From Myxococcota bacterium (GTDB taxonomy: Bacteria; Myxococcota_C; UBA6777): DNA of 64,000 nt. Position 1 is the stretch's first letter, and every line of letters begins with the position of its first letter. The position numbers and the translations under genes were made by a program. Below the pieces are notes generated by a model. It made no database searches. It was not told where the DNA came from and worked only from the letters and a program-made list of their open reading frames with translations. Where the stretch lies: the NCBI GenBank assembly GCA_023150835.1, contig JAKLKB010000024.1, positions 4,534 to 68,533 of the forward strand, given 5' to 3'. Shown piece by piece: positions 46,319-56,078 of the stretch.

Positions 46319-47599
46319 GTGAAAGATCAAAACAAACGAAACAAGCCAAGGAAGCGGGATTCTCACACGGGTATCACGGCACTTGCGCAAGGCGGAGGGC
46401 ATCGGCACTCGAAAGAGGTCGAGGCGTTTTCTTCGCAGACGAGCGCACAGGGGCAGGCTGCTGTGGTCGGCGAGAGAGTGATGACGTCGGTCGGTGAGGC
46501 CCACGTCGCGCAGGTCGAGGGCCATCTTGTGTTGGACCCGAAAGAACACGGTGGGGGGGATATCCATCCGTTGAATGATCCGCAGGACGTGCGGTTTTAT
46601 GGGATCGCCTATTGTTCGGCTTGGATAGAGGAGCGGGCATTTGAGGACGAAGGAGCTTTTTTTGCGTGGAAGCAAGAACTGAGCAAGCGTGCGCCGAGCG
46701 AAGAGGTGATCTTTTGGTTTAACATCAACGACAACATGGACAAGGAGATGCTTGCGCGTGTGCAGCGGCGTTTTGATCTGCATCCTTTGGTACGCGAAGA
46801 TATCTCGGATGTGCGCCAACGCCCGAAGTTCGAGGAGTACGAGCAAAGCTTATATATCTTGTTGAAGATGTTGACGTACAGCGAAACGAAAGAGGCGATG
46901 GAACGCGAGCAGATCAGCATCTTTTGGGGGCGGGATTGGGTGTTGACGATCCAAGAGCGCGAGGGGGATGTGTTTCAGCATCTGCGCCGCCGTTTGCGCG
47001 AAGGGATCGGGCTTTTGCGCAAAAAAGGCTCGGATTATCTGGTGTACGGTTTGTTTAGTGCGATCTTGGATCAGTACTTTGTGGTCTTGGATCGTTTGAA
47101 CGATCGGATCGAAGAGTTGGAAGATGCGTTGTTGGAACAGACGGGGCATCGGGAGCTTTTAGAAGATCTGTATCTGTTGCGCCGCCAGTTGATGCGTGTT
47201 CGCAAGGCGGTGTGGCCGGTGCGTGAGATCGTGCGCGGGATGCAGGAGTGCGAGAGTCCCATCATCCAAGAAGCGATGTCTGCGTATCTGCGGAATCTCT
47301 TGGATGAGTCGATGCAGATTGGGGATATGGTCGAAAACGCTCGTGAATTGGCAGCGAGCTTAATGGATCTGCACTTGTCTACGGTGAATGCGCGGATGGG
47401 AGTGGCGATGCGTTGGTTGGCGATGGTGTCGTTGACCTTCGTTCCGCTGAATTTGATCGCGGCGATCTATGGGATGAACTTTAAGTATATGCCTGAGTTG
47501 CAGTGGAGATACGGATATTTTGGGATCTTGGGTTTGATGGTGTTCATCGCGTCGGGTTTGACGTGGTTGTTTTATTCGAGGGGGTGGTTTCGCTCTTGA
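46319..47599 (+). CDS. corA: Magnesium/cobalt transporter CorA
   Basis: LHPL..EDI....QRPK.E, EQISI, YGMNF..MPEL.W.YGY signature. Confidence 0.95.
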   Translation: MKDQNKRNKPRKRDSHTGITALAQGGGHRHSKEVEAFSSQTSAQGQAAVVGERVMTSVGEAHVAQVEGHLVLDPKEHGGGDIHPLNDPQDVRFYGIAYCSAWIEERAFEDEGAFFAWKQELSKRAPSEEVIFWFNINDNMDKEMLARVQRRFDLHPLVREDISDVRQRPKFEEYEQSLYILLKMLTYSETKEAMEREQISIFWGRDWVLTIQEREGDVFQHLRRRLREGIGLLRKKGSDYLVYGLFSAILDQYFVVLDRLNDRIEELEDALLEQTGHRELLEDLYLLRRQLMRVRKAVWPVREIVRGMQECESPIIQEAMSAYLRNLLDESMQIGDMVENARELAASLMDLHLSTVNARMGVAMRWLAMVSLTFVPLNLIAAIYGMNFKYMPELQWRYGYFGILGLMVFIASGLTWLFYSRGWFRS

Positions 47600-49398
47600 A
47601 GCAGGTATGGGCGTTGTCGAGCGTGCGTTGGTGGCGAGACGTGGCGGGTGGACGTGTCGAGATCGTCTTGAGCGAATGGGGCGGAGAAGCCTTGGAAGAG
47701 GAGGACGTGATCTCTTTGAGGGAAGGCATGATCTTGTGTGGAGGACCGATCCCTTCGGAAGAATCGACATCGTATGGGTTGATCTACGATGGCCGAGAGG
47801 CTCCGTTGGCGATCGCATCGGTGCAATTGCAGGAGCAGCGTGATTATGTGCTGGAGGTCTTGTGGGAGGGGGAGGGCGAGGCTCCGCAGTTTGCGTGTTT
47901 TCCGCAGTTTTCGTCTGCGGTCTTTCATGCGCATCGGACTCGTCGCAAGGGCGTGATCGCGGGGGGAAAGTTGAACTTTCGGGATTATGTGGGAGGGGCT
48001 TGGTTTGAGGTGGATTGGGGCGGTCGGGCGATGTGGCGGGAATCGGTCGAGGTGCGCTCGAAAAAGTTGGATTATTTGCAGGAGTATGTGGTGTTGATGG
48101 AGGACTTGGCTGCACAGGCAACAGCGCTGTTGTTTCAAGTCAAAAGCCCCGTGTATGCGGTCTTTCAACAAGCCCGTGCGGGTCGTGCGCGGGCGGGCTT
48201 AGAACACTTTTTGTTGCTGCGCCATGTGTTGCTCGATCCTTCGATGGATGCGGCTTTTTGGGAGATCGCGCAATCGCCCATCCAAGCCCTTCGCCAAGAA
48301 CAGCGTTGGCGACCTACTGCACAGGTCTCTTCAATCGATCCGCGCTCTTGGTTGCGAGGGTTGCACAAAGGTGGCGTGTATCGGTCTTTTCCAGAGAATG
48401 CGGCGACGGGCGCTAACGATCGATGCCTCGAACCTCGCCGAAAACTGGGGCATCACGGAACATCGGAGCGTCACGATATCTTGCCGACTCAAGTCGTGCC
48501 GGCGCGGTTGCCTGTTTGGGCCAAGACGTGGACTTCGGATACCTCGGAAAACCGCTTTGTGTTGTGGCTGCTCGATTCGTTGTCGCGGATATTGGAGGAG
48601 ATGAGACAGGTGTTTCGTCGGGCTGGGGAAGTCGGTTATGTGGGGGAGTTGGAGCGGTTGGGTCGTTTGTGTGAAGTGTGGCGTACGCGATTGCCCTTTG
48701 CAGGGGAGGTTCCGTCGGAGTGGCCGCGTGTGTTTCCATTTGCGCATCTGCGGGGGCGGGCAGGTTATCGCGAGGTGCTGGCTTGTTCGGAGCGGATGTC
48801 TTCGATCTTGCAGCTTTCATGGGAAGAGGGGGCGCAAGCGATCGCAGGGCCGCTGCGGGATATGGCGAAACTTTACGAATACTGGGCTTTTTTTGAGATA
48901 TGGCGGGCATTGAACAAGATCGCAACGCCGACGGGACCTGTGTTTCCACAGACGGTCGAGGAATCACAGGGGCTTGTGTTGCGGCTCAAGCGCGGCGCGG
49001 ACAGTGCGCTGCATTTTGTCTCTGGGGACTTGGTGTTGGTGTTGTACTACCAACTGCGTTTTGAGGTGGGAGGCGGGATCTTACAATCATACTCTGTGCC
49101 GATGACACCCGACTTTTCGATCGTGTTGCGGCGGAAAGAACAGGTGTTGGGCGTTTTGTGTTTTGATGCAAAGTATCGGCCTGAAGGGTCGCTCGAAAAG
49201 ATGCACGCCTATCGGGACGCGTTGCGGGGTGCGTTGGGGGTTTATTTGCTGTACCCGGGAGATCCCCAAGAACCTGTGATCTTTACGCAAGATCCGAATC
49301 GTCCGCTGTTGGGGGTTGGCGCATTCCCCTTGCGTCCGCAACCCTCGGCTCGCCAATGGCTTCCTGCCTTTTTGTCGGTGATCTTGGAACAAGTTTAG
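47596..49398 (+). CDS. DUF2357 + PD-(D/E)XK nuclease (McrC-like)
   Basis: LNF.DYVG, VEVRS.KL, DT.ENRFV, LYEYW.F, PDFSI, FDAKYR, KMH.YRDAL. TTG start overlaps the corA stop. Confidence 0.85.
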   Translation: MKQVWALSSVRWWRDVAGGRVEIVLSEWGGEALEEEDVISLREGMILCGGPIPSEESTSYGLIYDGREAPLAIASVQLQEQRDYVLEVLWEGEGEAPQFACFPQFSSAVFHAHRTRRKGVIAGGKLNFRDYVGGAWFEVDWGGRAMWRESVEVRSKKLDYLQEYVVLMEDLAAQATALLFQVKSPVYAVFQQARAGRARAGLEHFLLLRHVLLDPSMDAAFWEIAQSPIQALRQEQRWRPTAQVSSIDPRSWLRGLHKGGVYRSFPENAATGANDRCLEPRRKLGHHGTSERHDILPTQVVPARLPVWAKTWTSDTSENRFVLWLLDSLSRILEEMRQVFRRAGEVGYVGELERLGRLCEVWRTRLPFAGEVPSEWPRVFPFAHLRGRAGYREVLACSERMSSILQLSWEEGAQAIAGPLRDMAKLYEYWAFFEIWRALNKIATPTGPVFPQTVEESQGLVLRLKRGADSALHFVSGDLVLVLYYQLRFEVGGGILQSYSVPMTPDFSIVLRRKEQVLGVLCFDAKYRPEGSLEKMHAYRDALRGALGVYLLYPGDPQEPVIFTQDPNRPLLGVGAFPLRPQPSARQWLPAFLSVILEQV

Positions 49399-49600
49399 GC
49401 GTTGCAAGGGGATGAGCGTGGCTTGGATTGACAGATTTGATTTTTCGCTTGTATGTACATCGTACCATCCGAGAGATAGGCAGGTTTGGTTTTGTCCTGC
49501 GAGGCTTGACCTGTTGCTTGGAGCTTGGCAGGCAGAGCGCTGTCGCCCGTGATGCAGGCCAAGGGGCTTGACCCGTTGAGCGGAGCTTGGGAGGCGTTGG

Positions 49601-50932
49601 ATGATCAAATGGTTCGCGCTATTGGGATGTTCGGTGATCGCCTTTGCGTTGTTGGGGGGGGCTTATGCGTATTGGCGGGCCAATCCACCGCTGCCCGTCG
49701 AGGCCGAACGCTACAAGAAGGTGAGTTTGTTTGTGCCGCCCAACCCGCCTTCTTCCGCCGAGATGGAAGAGTACCTTCGACAGAGCGGTGATATGGAGAT
49801 GCGCAATATGCGCAACCTCGATCACATCCGCACCAAGATCCAATCGGGGCGTTGGCCTGCTGAGATGGAGTTGTTGTCGTGGGTTCAAGCCACCGATCTA
49901 GATCTCAAACGCTTTGAAGCGGCCTTGCGTTCGAAGGGCTGTTTTCCGCAAGAAAAAACCACACGCAGCGCGAGCGAACAGGGCGATACGCGGCGTTTTC
50001 GGTACTCGCGCTTTGTCTGGGGGGTCGAGTTGATCACGTACCAATCGTTGCTGTTTTTTCGGCGTGGTGCGGCTCCAGAGGCGATCAAACGGCTGGAGAT
50101 GTTGCACGAGAACTTGTTGCGCTACGAGATGGCGTGTGGGGCTTCGCTGTTGGTGGTCAATGTGATCTCGGCTTCTGTACAGGTGTTTTTGGATGGCGTG
50201 CTGTTTTCGCTGCGGGCTGATGGACTGACGCAAGAAGAGCATGGGCGTCTGTTGGATATCTTGTTTGCGTGGGCGACGCGCCCGCCGTTGTCTTTTGCGA
50301 TGGCGCTGCGTCAAGAAGCCCATCAGGCCAAGAAGATCATCGATCTCTTTCGCCAACAGATCAAAAACAAGATCCAACAAGCACAGCACGACGAGCAGGC
50401 GATCCCGAAAGAGGTCGGCGATGAATTTATGGATCAAATCCATGTCATTGATTTTGCCCAAACCAAGGACTTGATCGAACAAAAGTATCGTTGCTTGGTC
50501 GCCAAAGTCGAGCAACCTTTGTCGCCTGATACCTTTCAACCTTGTCCTGTCGAGCGTTATCTCCGTCGGCTGCGCAAGAAAAAGAAAGGGGAGATGTTGC
50601 TGATGTTGCGCCGCAACGTCGTGGGGCATTTTTTGCTGGCGCAGATGACGCCACGTTATCGGACGTATCTGTTGAACTGGTATGCGTCGAGATGTCGGGC
50701 CGCAGCGCATCTGGCGTTGTGGTATCGGTCTTTGAGAGCGCAGGACAAAAAGCTCGCTCCTTCGCGTTATTTGTTTGAGCCAGAGAATCCTTACACGCGG
50801 GAGCCTTTTGGCGCTTCGCTGGAACAGGTGTGCGCCTTGCCTTTGTGGATCGCGCAGGTGTATCCACAGGCCGAAGGGATCGCCGAGCGCAGCCGCCCAC
50901 CGCTACCTGCGCGATTAAAGCGCGTCGAATAG
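49601..50932 (+). CDS. Hypothetical membrane-anchored helical protein
   Basis: GGAGG RBS, N-terminal TM, 443 aa. Confidence 0.75.
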   Translation: MIKWFALLGCSVIAFALLGGAYAYWRANPPLPVEAERYKKVSLFVPPNPPSSAEMEEYLRQSGDMEMRNMRNLDHIRTKIQSGRWPAEMELLSWVQATDLDLKRFEAALRSKGCFPQEKTTRSASEQGDTRRFRYSRFVWGVELITYQSLLFFRRGAAPEAIKRLEMLHENLLRYEMACGASLLVVNVISASVQVFLDGVLFSLRADGLTQEEHGRLLDILFAWATRPPLSFAMALRQEAHQAKKIIDLFRQQIKNKIQQAQHDEQAIPKEVGDEFMDQIHVIDFAQTKDLIEQKYRCLVAKVEQPLSPDTFQPCPVERYLRRLRKKKKGEMLLMLRRNVVGHFLLAQMTPRYRTYLLNWYASRCRAAAHLALWYRSLRAQDKKLAPSRYLFEPENPYTREPFGASLEQVCALPLWIAQVYPQAEGIAERSRPPLPARLKRVE

Positions 50933-51031
50933 AAGGGGCTTGGCGACGATGTTCTCTCTTGTGGGGGTTGGGCGCTGGTCTTGGCTGTGTTAGGGTCGCC
51001 TTCTTTGTTTGTGTGCATGGGCTACACGATT

Positions 51032-51146
51032 ATACGAGATCCGCCTGTTGTGTGATCGTAAAGATGTAGGGGCCGACCCCTGTGTCTGCCCAAGAATAGG
51101 GCGTCTACATACTCTCCTTTGTGTACACATTACTCGGAGATTGTAT
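51032..51146. mobile_element. Family B MITE (115 bp) with internal GTAG-REP
   Basis: ATACGAGATCC..GTAGGGGCCGACCCCTGTGTCTGCCC..AGGGCGTCT..GGAGATTGTAT. Confidence 0.75.
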
Positions 51147-51176
51147 AACGCGTTCATTTGGAAAAAGGAGCTTTGG

Positions 51177-51869
51177 ATGTTTGGCTACACACGGTGGTTG
51201 ATCGGTCTGATCGGTTTGGGGGGCGGTTGGTTTGGGGCCGCCGCAACAGTTCACGCGGATGAGTTGAGTTTGCGTATCAAAGTCCCTTCGGGCATCTCGG
51301 ATCGGGGTGGGATGCAAAAATTACTCACCAAGGAGTTGCGCAAAAACTTGCTTGAGCAGGGGTTTGTGATCCGACCAAGCGCCAAGTTTTTGTTGGCGAT
51401 TACCGCTGATGTCGAAGAATCGGGCGGAGAAAGCGACCCACCTTCGTGTGTGGTTGCCTTGCGCTTGCAGATGGTGTTGATGCCCCAAAATCGAGAAGTG
51501 TTTACAGCCTCTGCCAACGGGCGTTCGGGCTTTAATCGCCCCACCCCGATGGATCGCGCAAAACGCATGACTTTGCGTACACAATCCACCGCTTACGCTG
51601 CGCGCTCTTTGATCAAGCCCTTGCGCGGTTATATGGAACAAGTCAAAGAAAAGATGAGTAGTCTTGAAAAAGGCCAAGTCCTCGGTCGTGCCTTGGGTAA
51701 ACCCGGACGGCGCTCGGCAGGTGGCACAGGCAGCGCCTCCGCAACCCCCGCACGGCCCGGAAAGCCCTTGCCGGGACGTCCACCCCTCCGAAAGCTCCTC
51801 CCTGCCGGCATGGACAACGACGGCAACAAACCTCCCCTCGCGATCGATTCTGAACCCTCCAAGCCTTGA
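51177..51869 (+). CDS. Hypothetical secreted protein
   Basis: AAGGAG RBS; signal peptide ending VHA|D. Confidence 0.75.
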   Translation: MFGYTRWLIGLIGLGGGWFGAAATVHADELSLRIKVPSGISDRGGMQKLLTKELRKNLLEQGFVIRPSAKFLLAITADVEESGGESDPPSCVVALRLQMVLMPQNREVFTASANGRSGFNRPTPMDRAKRMTLRTQSTAYAARSLIKPLRGYMEQVKEKMSSLEKGQVLGRALGKPGRRSAGGTGSASATPARPGKPLPGRPPLRKLLPAGMDNDGNKPPLAIDSEPSKP

Positions 51870-51879
51870 GCTTCTTTGG

Positions 51880-53736
51880 TTAGGGCTTTGCGGGGGCGGA
51901 TTTTCTCGGCGGGGCAGGCTTTGTGGCGAAGGGGAAGGGCAGTTCAAAAGCTTTCTTTTCGGTGACTTTTTTGCGGAGAAGGCTGATGCGTTGGATCAGC
52001 AGGCTCGGCGAAACAACGGCGATGTTGATATTGCCCGAGTCTTCGCCATCTGCGCCATTAAACACACCATCGTCGTTGCCTGTCGCCACGATCCCGCGCA
52101 TGAGTTGCATCGCATCCATCCGCAGGGTCAGCCCTTTGAGGGGCTTTTCTTGGCCCGTTTGTACATCGATCTGGAGCACTTCGTCGGGATTGGCGCTGTA
52201 AAGTGTGCCGCTGACTTGGCTGTAGCCGCTGAAACGCTTGAGGATATAAGCGTACCGCTGGCCTTGTTGTTTGGCTTGTTCGAGCAGTTGTTTGCGCAAC
52301 ACGCTCAAGGGAAAGGCGCGCTTGCTTTTGACAAAGGTGGTTCCGGGGCGGCTAATCGGTTGTTCACCAAAGGCGGCGCGTCCATGCCCGTTCGAGCGCT
52401 TGCGATCCTTGTAGGGTTTTCGGGACATATAGAGCTCTTTGAGTACGCCGTCTTGGATCATCGTAAGAGGGCGCGCCTTTACCCACTCGTCGTCGTAGAG
52501 ATAGTGGCTGTTGAGGGGGGTTTTTCCCCAGTAGGTCTGTGTGGGATCGTCGATCACGCTCAAAAATGACGGGATGATCGGCTTACCCAGTTTCTTTTCA
52601 AAAAATCGCGCATCATTCGGTCGCAAGAATCGGCCTGTTGAAAGCCGCGCCATCAAGATATCGAAAAACATCGCGCCACTCAACATCGGGTCCACGATCG
52701 CTGGGCCTTCGTCTGGATCGCCTTCTTCGCTTTGAACGCGGCGCTTGAGTTCTGCCAAGATCTCGTCGTAGGTGGCTTGAAGCTGCTGTTCTGTCGGTAG
52801 CTCCGCCTCGGTGCGCACAAAGCCGTTGCGCGAAGCGGTGAAGTATTCGTTGTTTTTGCCCAGATACGCCAGTGATATCGACCACAAAAGGCCGTAGTGA
52901 CGCAGCAACACACGCGAGCCATCGTTGCCCACGCCCAACAGAACGTTGTCTTCTCCGTCGATATGTACTTTGCTTTCGATCACACGGGGGTTTTGGCGCT
53001 GCGATCCCGAGATGCGGCGCACGATGCCTTTCCATTTCTTTTTGTCGAATTGCAGCAGCGGATCGAGCGGCGCTTCGTAGCGTGTCGGCGGCTCTTTGGT
53101 CAAGTCGCCCGCTTTGTCGAGTTGTTTGGGCTTGATGCTTCGGACGTAGCGTTTGCGCCAATAACGTGCGGTCGATACGCGGTAGGCGTGATCGGTTTGT
53201 TGCCACAGCAGCTTTTTCAGATTTGGGGCCGATGTATCCGTAAAGATCACATCACCCGAAGGCAGCAGCGTTCGGGTAATGCTCCAATCATATCCGTCCG
53301 AACCCGTCTGATCGAAGGCGTGATCGCCCACACGCATCTCTACACGCACTTGATGCGAAGGCTTGTTTCGGTTGTCGGCTGTGTTGGTCAGCACGCCCTC
53401 CGCTGCATGGATCACCAAACCCCGACGCTGAAGCATCCGATAACGCAGCGAGTACACTTTGGGGATCGCCCGCTTCGCGAAAAACCCCATGTAGCGCTTT
53501 TGTTCGCTCTCCATCAGATCCAACAGTTGCTTGGTTTGGGCTTTTCGTTGTGCAAGATCAACGTATGGCTTCGGCTTTTTGGCCTTGGATGCGGCCTTGG
53601 GGGTCTCTGCCTTCGGGGCGGCTCGGTGGCTCGGGCGGGAAGCGGGGGTGGCTTGCGTGGGTTGGCTGATCAGCACACCAGCCAAGCCGAGAAGCAGAAA
53701 AACACTGCGCGCTGCGCTCTTGCGTCGCTTCAACAT
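51880..53736 (-). CDS. Exported TldD/PmbA-related protein lacking the HExxH motif
   Basis: LSVIDDPT, YDDE.V....L.MI.DGVL, SNGHGR, SPSLL; signal peptide. The position of HE..GH reads FFDILMA. Confidence 0.85.
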   Translation of the reverse strand: MLKRRKSAARSVFLLLGLAGVLISQPTQATPASRPSHRAAPKAETPKAASKAKKPKPYVDLAQRKAQTKQLLDLMESEQKRYMGFFAKRAIPKVYSLRYRMLQRRGLVIHAAEGVLTNTADNRNKPSHQVRVEMRVGDHAFDQTGSDGYDWSITRTLLPSGDVIFTDTSAPNLKKLLWQQTDHAYRVSTARYWRKRYVRSIKPKQLDKAGDLTKEPPTRYEAPLDPLLQFDKKKWKGIVRRISGSQRQNPRVIESKVHIDGEDNVLLGVGNDGSRVLLRHYGLLWSISLAYLGKNNEYFTASRNGFVRTEAELPTEQQLQATYDEILAELKRRVQSEEGDPDEGPAIVDPMLSGAMFFDILMARLSTGRFLRPNDARFFEKKLGKPIIPSFLSVIDDPTQTYWGKTPLNSHYLYDDEWVKARPLTMIQDGVLKELYMSRKPYKDRKRSNGHGRAAFGEQPISRPGTTFVKSKRAFPLSVLRKQLLEQAKQQGQRYAYILKRFSGYSQVSGTLYSANPDEVLQIDVQTGQEKPLKGLTLRMDAMQLMRGIVATGNDDGVFNGADGEDSGNINIAVVSPSLLIQRISLLRKKVTEKKAFELPFPFATKPAPPRKSAPAKP

Positions 53737-53940
53737 GCGGACTCCTGTCGATTGTGGGTCTTGTCGTCGCATTGATCCTAGGAAAAGGCCGATATCGCGG
53801 GAAACCATAAGCAGACATCTTTTCGGCTTGCGTTTGCAGAGTCCTACGCAGCGCCTCCGATGTCAAGGTGGGGGTGATGCCGCCTCAGAAGGGCGACAGA
53901 CACGGCTTTTGCGAACTCCTCAGGTGTCAAGACGGATGTG

Positions 53941-54089
53941 ATACGATATCCAGTTGATGTGTGATCGCGATGTTGATGCGATCCGCTGTAATTGCCCTAT
54001 TGGGGGGCAGCCACAGGGGGCTGCATTTGAGGGCAGCCACAGGGGGCTGCCCCTACGTTTTATGACCGCGCTGTGGGCGGATTTCGTAT
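53941..54089. mobile_element. Family B MITE (149 bp, duplicated REP)
   Basis: ATACGATATCC ... two GGCAGCCACAGGGGGCTGC ... GGATTTCGTAT. Both ends extend to TGATACGA. Confidence 0.85.
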
Positions 54090-54421
54090 CACTTCGGCGT
54101 ATAAACGCAGGTCTTGGCGTTGATCATGACCTGATATTCGGCCTGACAGGTGATTACTGCACCTTCGTCAGCGCGGCGGATGCACAACAGCTTGGCGTCT
54201 TGATCGGGGTTTCCGTTCCCCGCCGGTACTTGATCGCAACACTCGCGCAACGCCACGCAACATTGGCTGTTGTCCGAACCTGCATCCGCTTCGGGGTTGC
54301 TTGGTACAGGCCGACAACGCGGATCATACGGGTCTTGGCAGCCCATCGACACCCAACAGCCCACAAACACACTCCATAAACCCCAAAAGATCATCCCGCG
54401 CAGCGCTCCAAACTTACGCAT
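54089..54421 (-). CDS. Small Cys-rich lipoprotein
   Basis: GGAGG RBS; lipobox-like SMGC; CC..L..CC...C...C...C pattern. Confidence 0.65.
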   Translation of the reverse strand: MRKFGALRGMIFWGLWSVFVGCWVSMGCQDPYDPRCRPVPSNPEADAGSDNSQCCVALRECCDQVPAGNGNPDQDAKLLCIRRADEGAVITCQAEYQVMINAKTCVYTPK

Positions 54422-54594
54422 CAAAAACCTCCATCGCTTGTCGTGCAGCATCCTGTTGATTCTGTACACACAAGCACCTCAAACGCACGGACTTTTTTCG
54501 GGACTGTTGCCTCTTGTGATCGCAAAGACCTATGATGCCGCGACACGCGGCCCAAAAGGGCCATCTTGAGTTTAGAAAAGAAAGGTACACGATC

Positions 54595-55623
54595 TTGAGT
54601 GCCACAAAAACCTCCGTTCCATCGAGTCGAAACGCAGTCCACCTGAGCGTTGTCTCCGCAGATACCGACCCTTCCACTCACTCGCACGAAAGCGAAGATG
54701 CGCCCCTTGATCTGCGCGAACTCGTCGATGCTTTGTGGGTCGCAGATCGCTGCACCCAAAGCCCTCTTCCTTACACCCATCCTGCCGTGCGCGGTGTCGC
54801 TTTGCCTTCCCGACAAGCCGTCTTTGAGATGATGGATCTGATGCTCGCCGTGTTTTTCCCCGGCCACTTTGGGCGCTCTGATCTGTCCGAGTCGACCATG
54901 CCTTTTTATCTTGGCTCCACCCTCGATCGCCTGCTCCAGCTTTTACAAGAACAGATGAAACGCGGCTTGTACTTTGTGTGTTCCCACCACGACCAAGAAA
55001 CCTTGTGCGCTTGTGACGGCAAAGCCGAACACTTGACACGGCGTTTTGCTCGCCAACTCCCCACCATCCGACGCTTTCTTTGCTCTGATGTCCACGCTGC
55101 CTACATCGGCGATCCTGCCGCCTTGTCCAGCGATGAAGTGATCTTCTGTTATCCCGGACTCTTCGCCATCGCACACCAACGTGTCGCACACCAATTCTAC
55201 CAAATGGGCGTCCCCATCTTGCCCCGCATGATCACCGAACGCGCACACTCCCTGACAGGGATCGATATCCATCCCGGGGCCTCCATCGCCGAAGGGCTGT
55301 TTATCGATCACGGAACGGGCGTTGTCATCGGTGAAACTGCTGTCATCGGAAAGCGTGTCCGCCTCTATCAAGGTGTCACCCTCGGCGCAAAAAGTTTCCC
55401 CCTCGACGAACACGGCAACCCCATCAAAGGCGTCAAACGACACCCCAACCTCGAAGACGAAGTTATCGTCTACTCTGGCGCCACCATCCTCGGTGATATC
55501 ACCATCGGCGCTGGTTCCGTCATCGGCGGAAACGTCTGGGTCACCCACAGCGTCCCTCCCCACAGCCGTATCACCCAATCTTCCCATCGTTCCGAGTTGT
55601 TTGAGTCGGGTGGCGGCATCTGA
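54595..55623 (+). CDS. cysE: Serine O-acetyltransferase (CysE/EpsC type)
   Basis: DV.AA..GDPAA....EVI.CYPG, R.AH, TGIDIHPGA, FIDHGTGVVIGET, YQGVTLG, KRHP. Start uncertain. Confidence 0.93.
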   Translation: MSATKTSVPSSRNAVHLSVVSADTDPSTHSHESEDAPLDLRELVDALWVADRCTQSPLPYTHPAVRGVALPSRQAVFEMMDLMLAVFFPGHFGRSDLSESTMPFYLGSTLDRLLQLLQEQMKRGLYFVCSHHDQETLCACDGKAEHLTRRFARQLPTIRRFLCSDVHAAYIGDPAALSSDEVIFCYPGLFAIAHQRVAHQFYQMGVPILPRMITERAHSLTGIDIHPGASIAEGLFIDHGTGVVIGETAVIGKRVRLYQGVTLGAKSFPLDEHGNPIKGVKRHPNLEDEVIVYSGATILGDITIGAGSVIGGNVWVTHSVPPHSRITQSSHRSELFESGGGI

Positions 55624-55709
55624 TACAAAACCATCGCTCACGAAAAGCACGCAAAAGAGGGATATGGGGCAGTGTCCTGCAAGACCAAGGAAAGAGGAGG
55701 AGGAGGGAG

Positions 55710-56074
55710 ATGCGAAATCCGCTTATCGTGTGCGTCAAAATGTAGGGGCAGCCCCCTGTGGCTGCCCGACCACAGGGCGTCTACAGCGGATCGCTCCTAT
55801 CCTTCGAACACACATTTCTAGGATATCGCATGATCCGAAATCCGCCTATCGTGTGCAATATGTAGGGGCAGCCCTCTGTGGCTGCCCGACCACAGGGCGT
55901 CTACAGCGGATCGCTCCTATCCTTCGAACACACATTTCTAGGATATCGCATGATCCGAAATCCGCCTATCGTGTGCGCCAATATGTAGGGGCAGCCCTCT
56001 GTGGCTGCCCGACCACAGGGCGTCTACAGCGGATCGCTCCTATCCTTCGAATACACATTTCTAGGATATCGCAT
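55710..56074. mobile_element. Three tandem family B MITE copies
   Basis: Units 55710-55831, 55833-55951 and 55953-56074, each AT(G/C)CGAAATCCGC..GTAG-REP..AGGGCGTCT..GGATATCGCAT. Confidence 0.85.
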
Positions 56075-56078
56075 GAGA

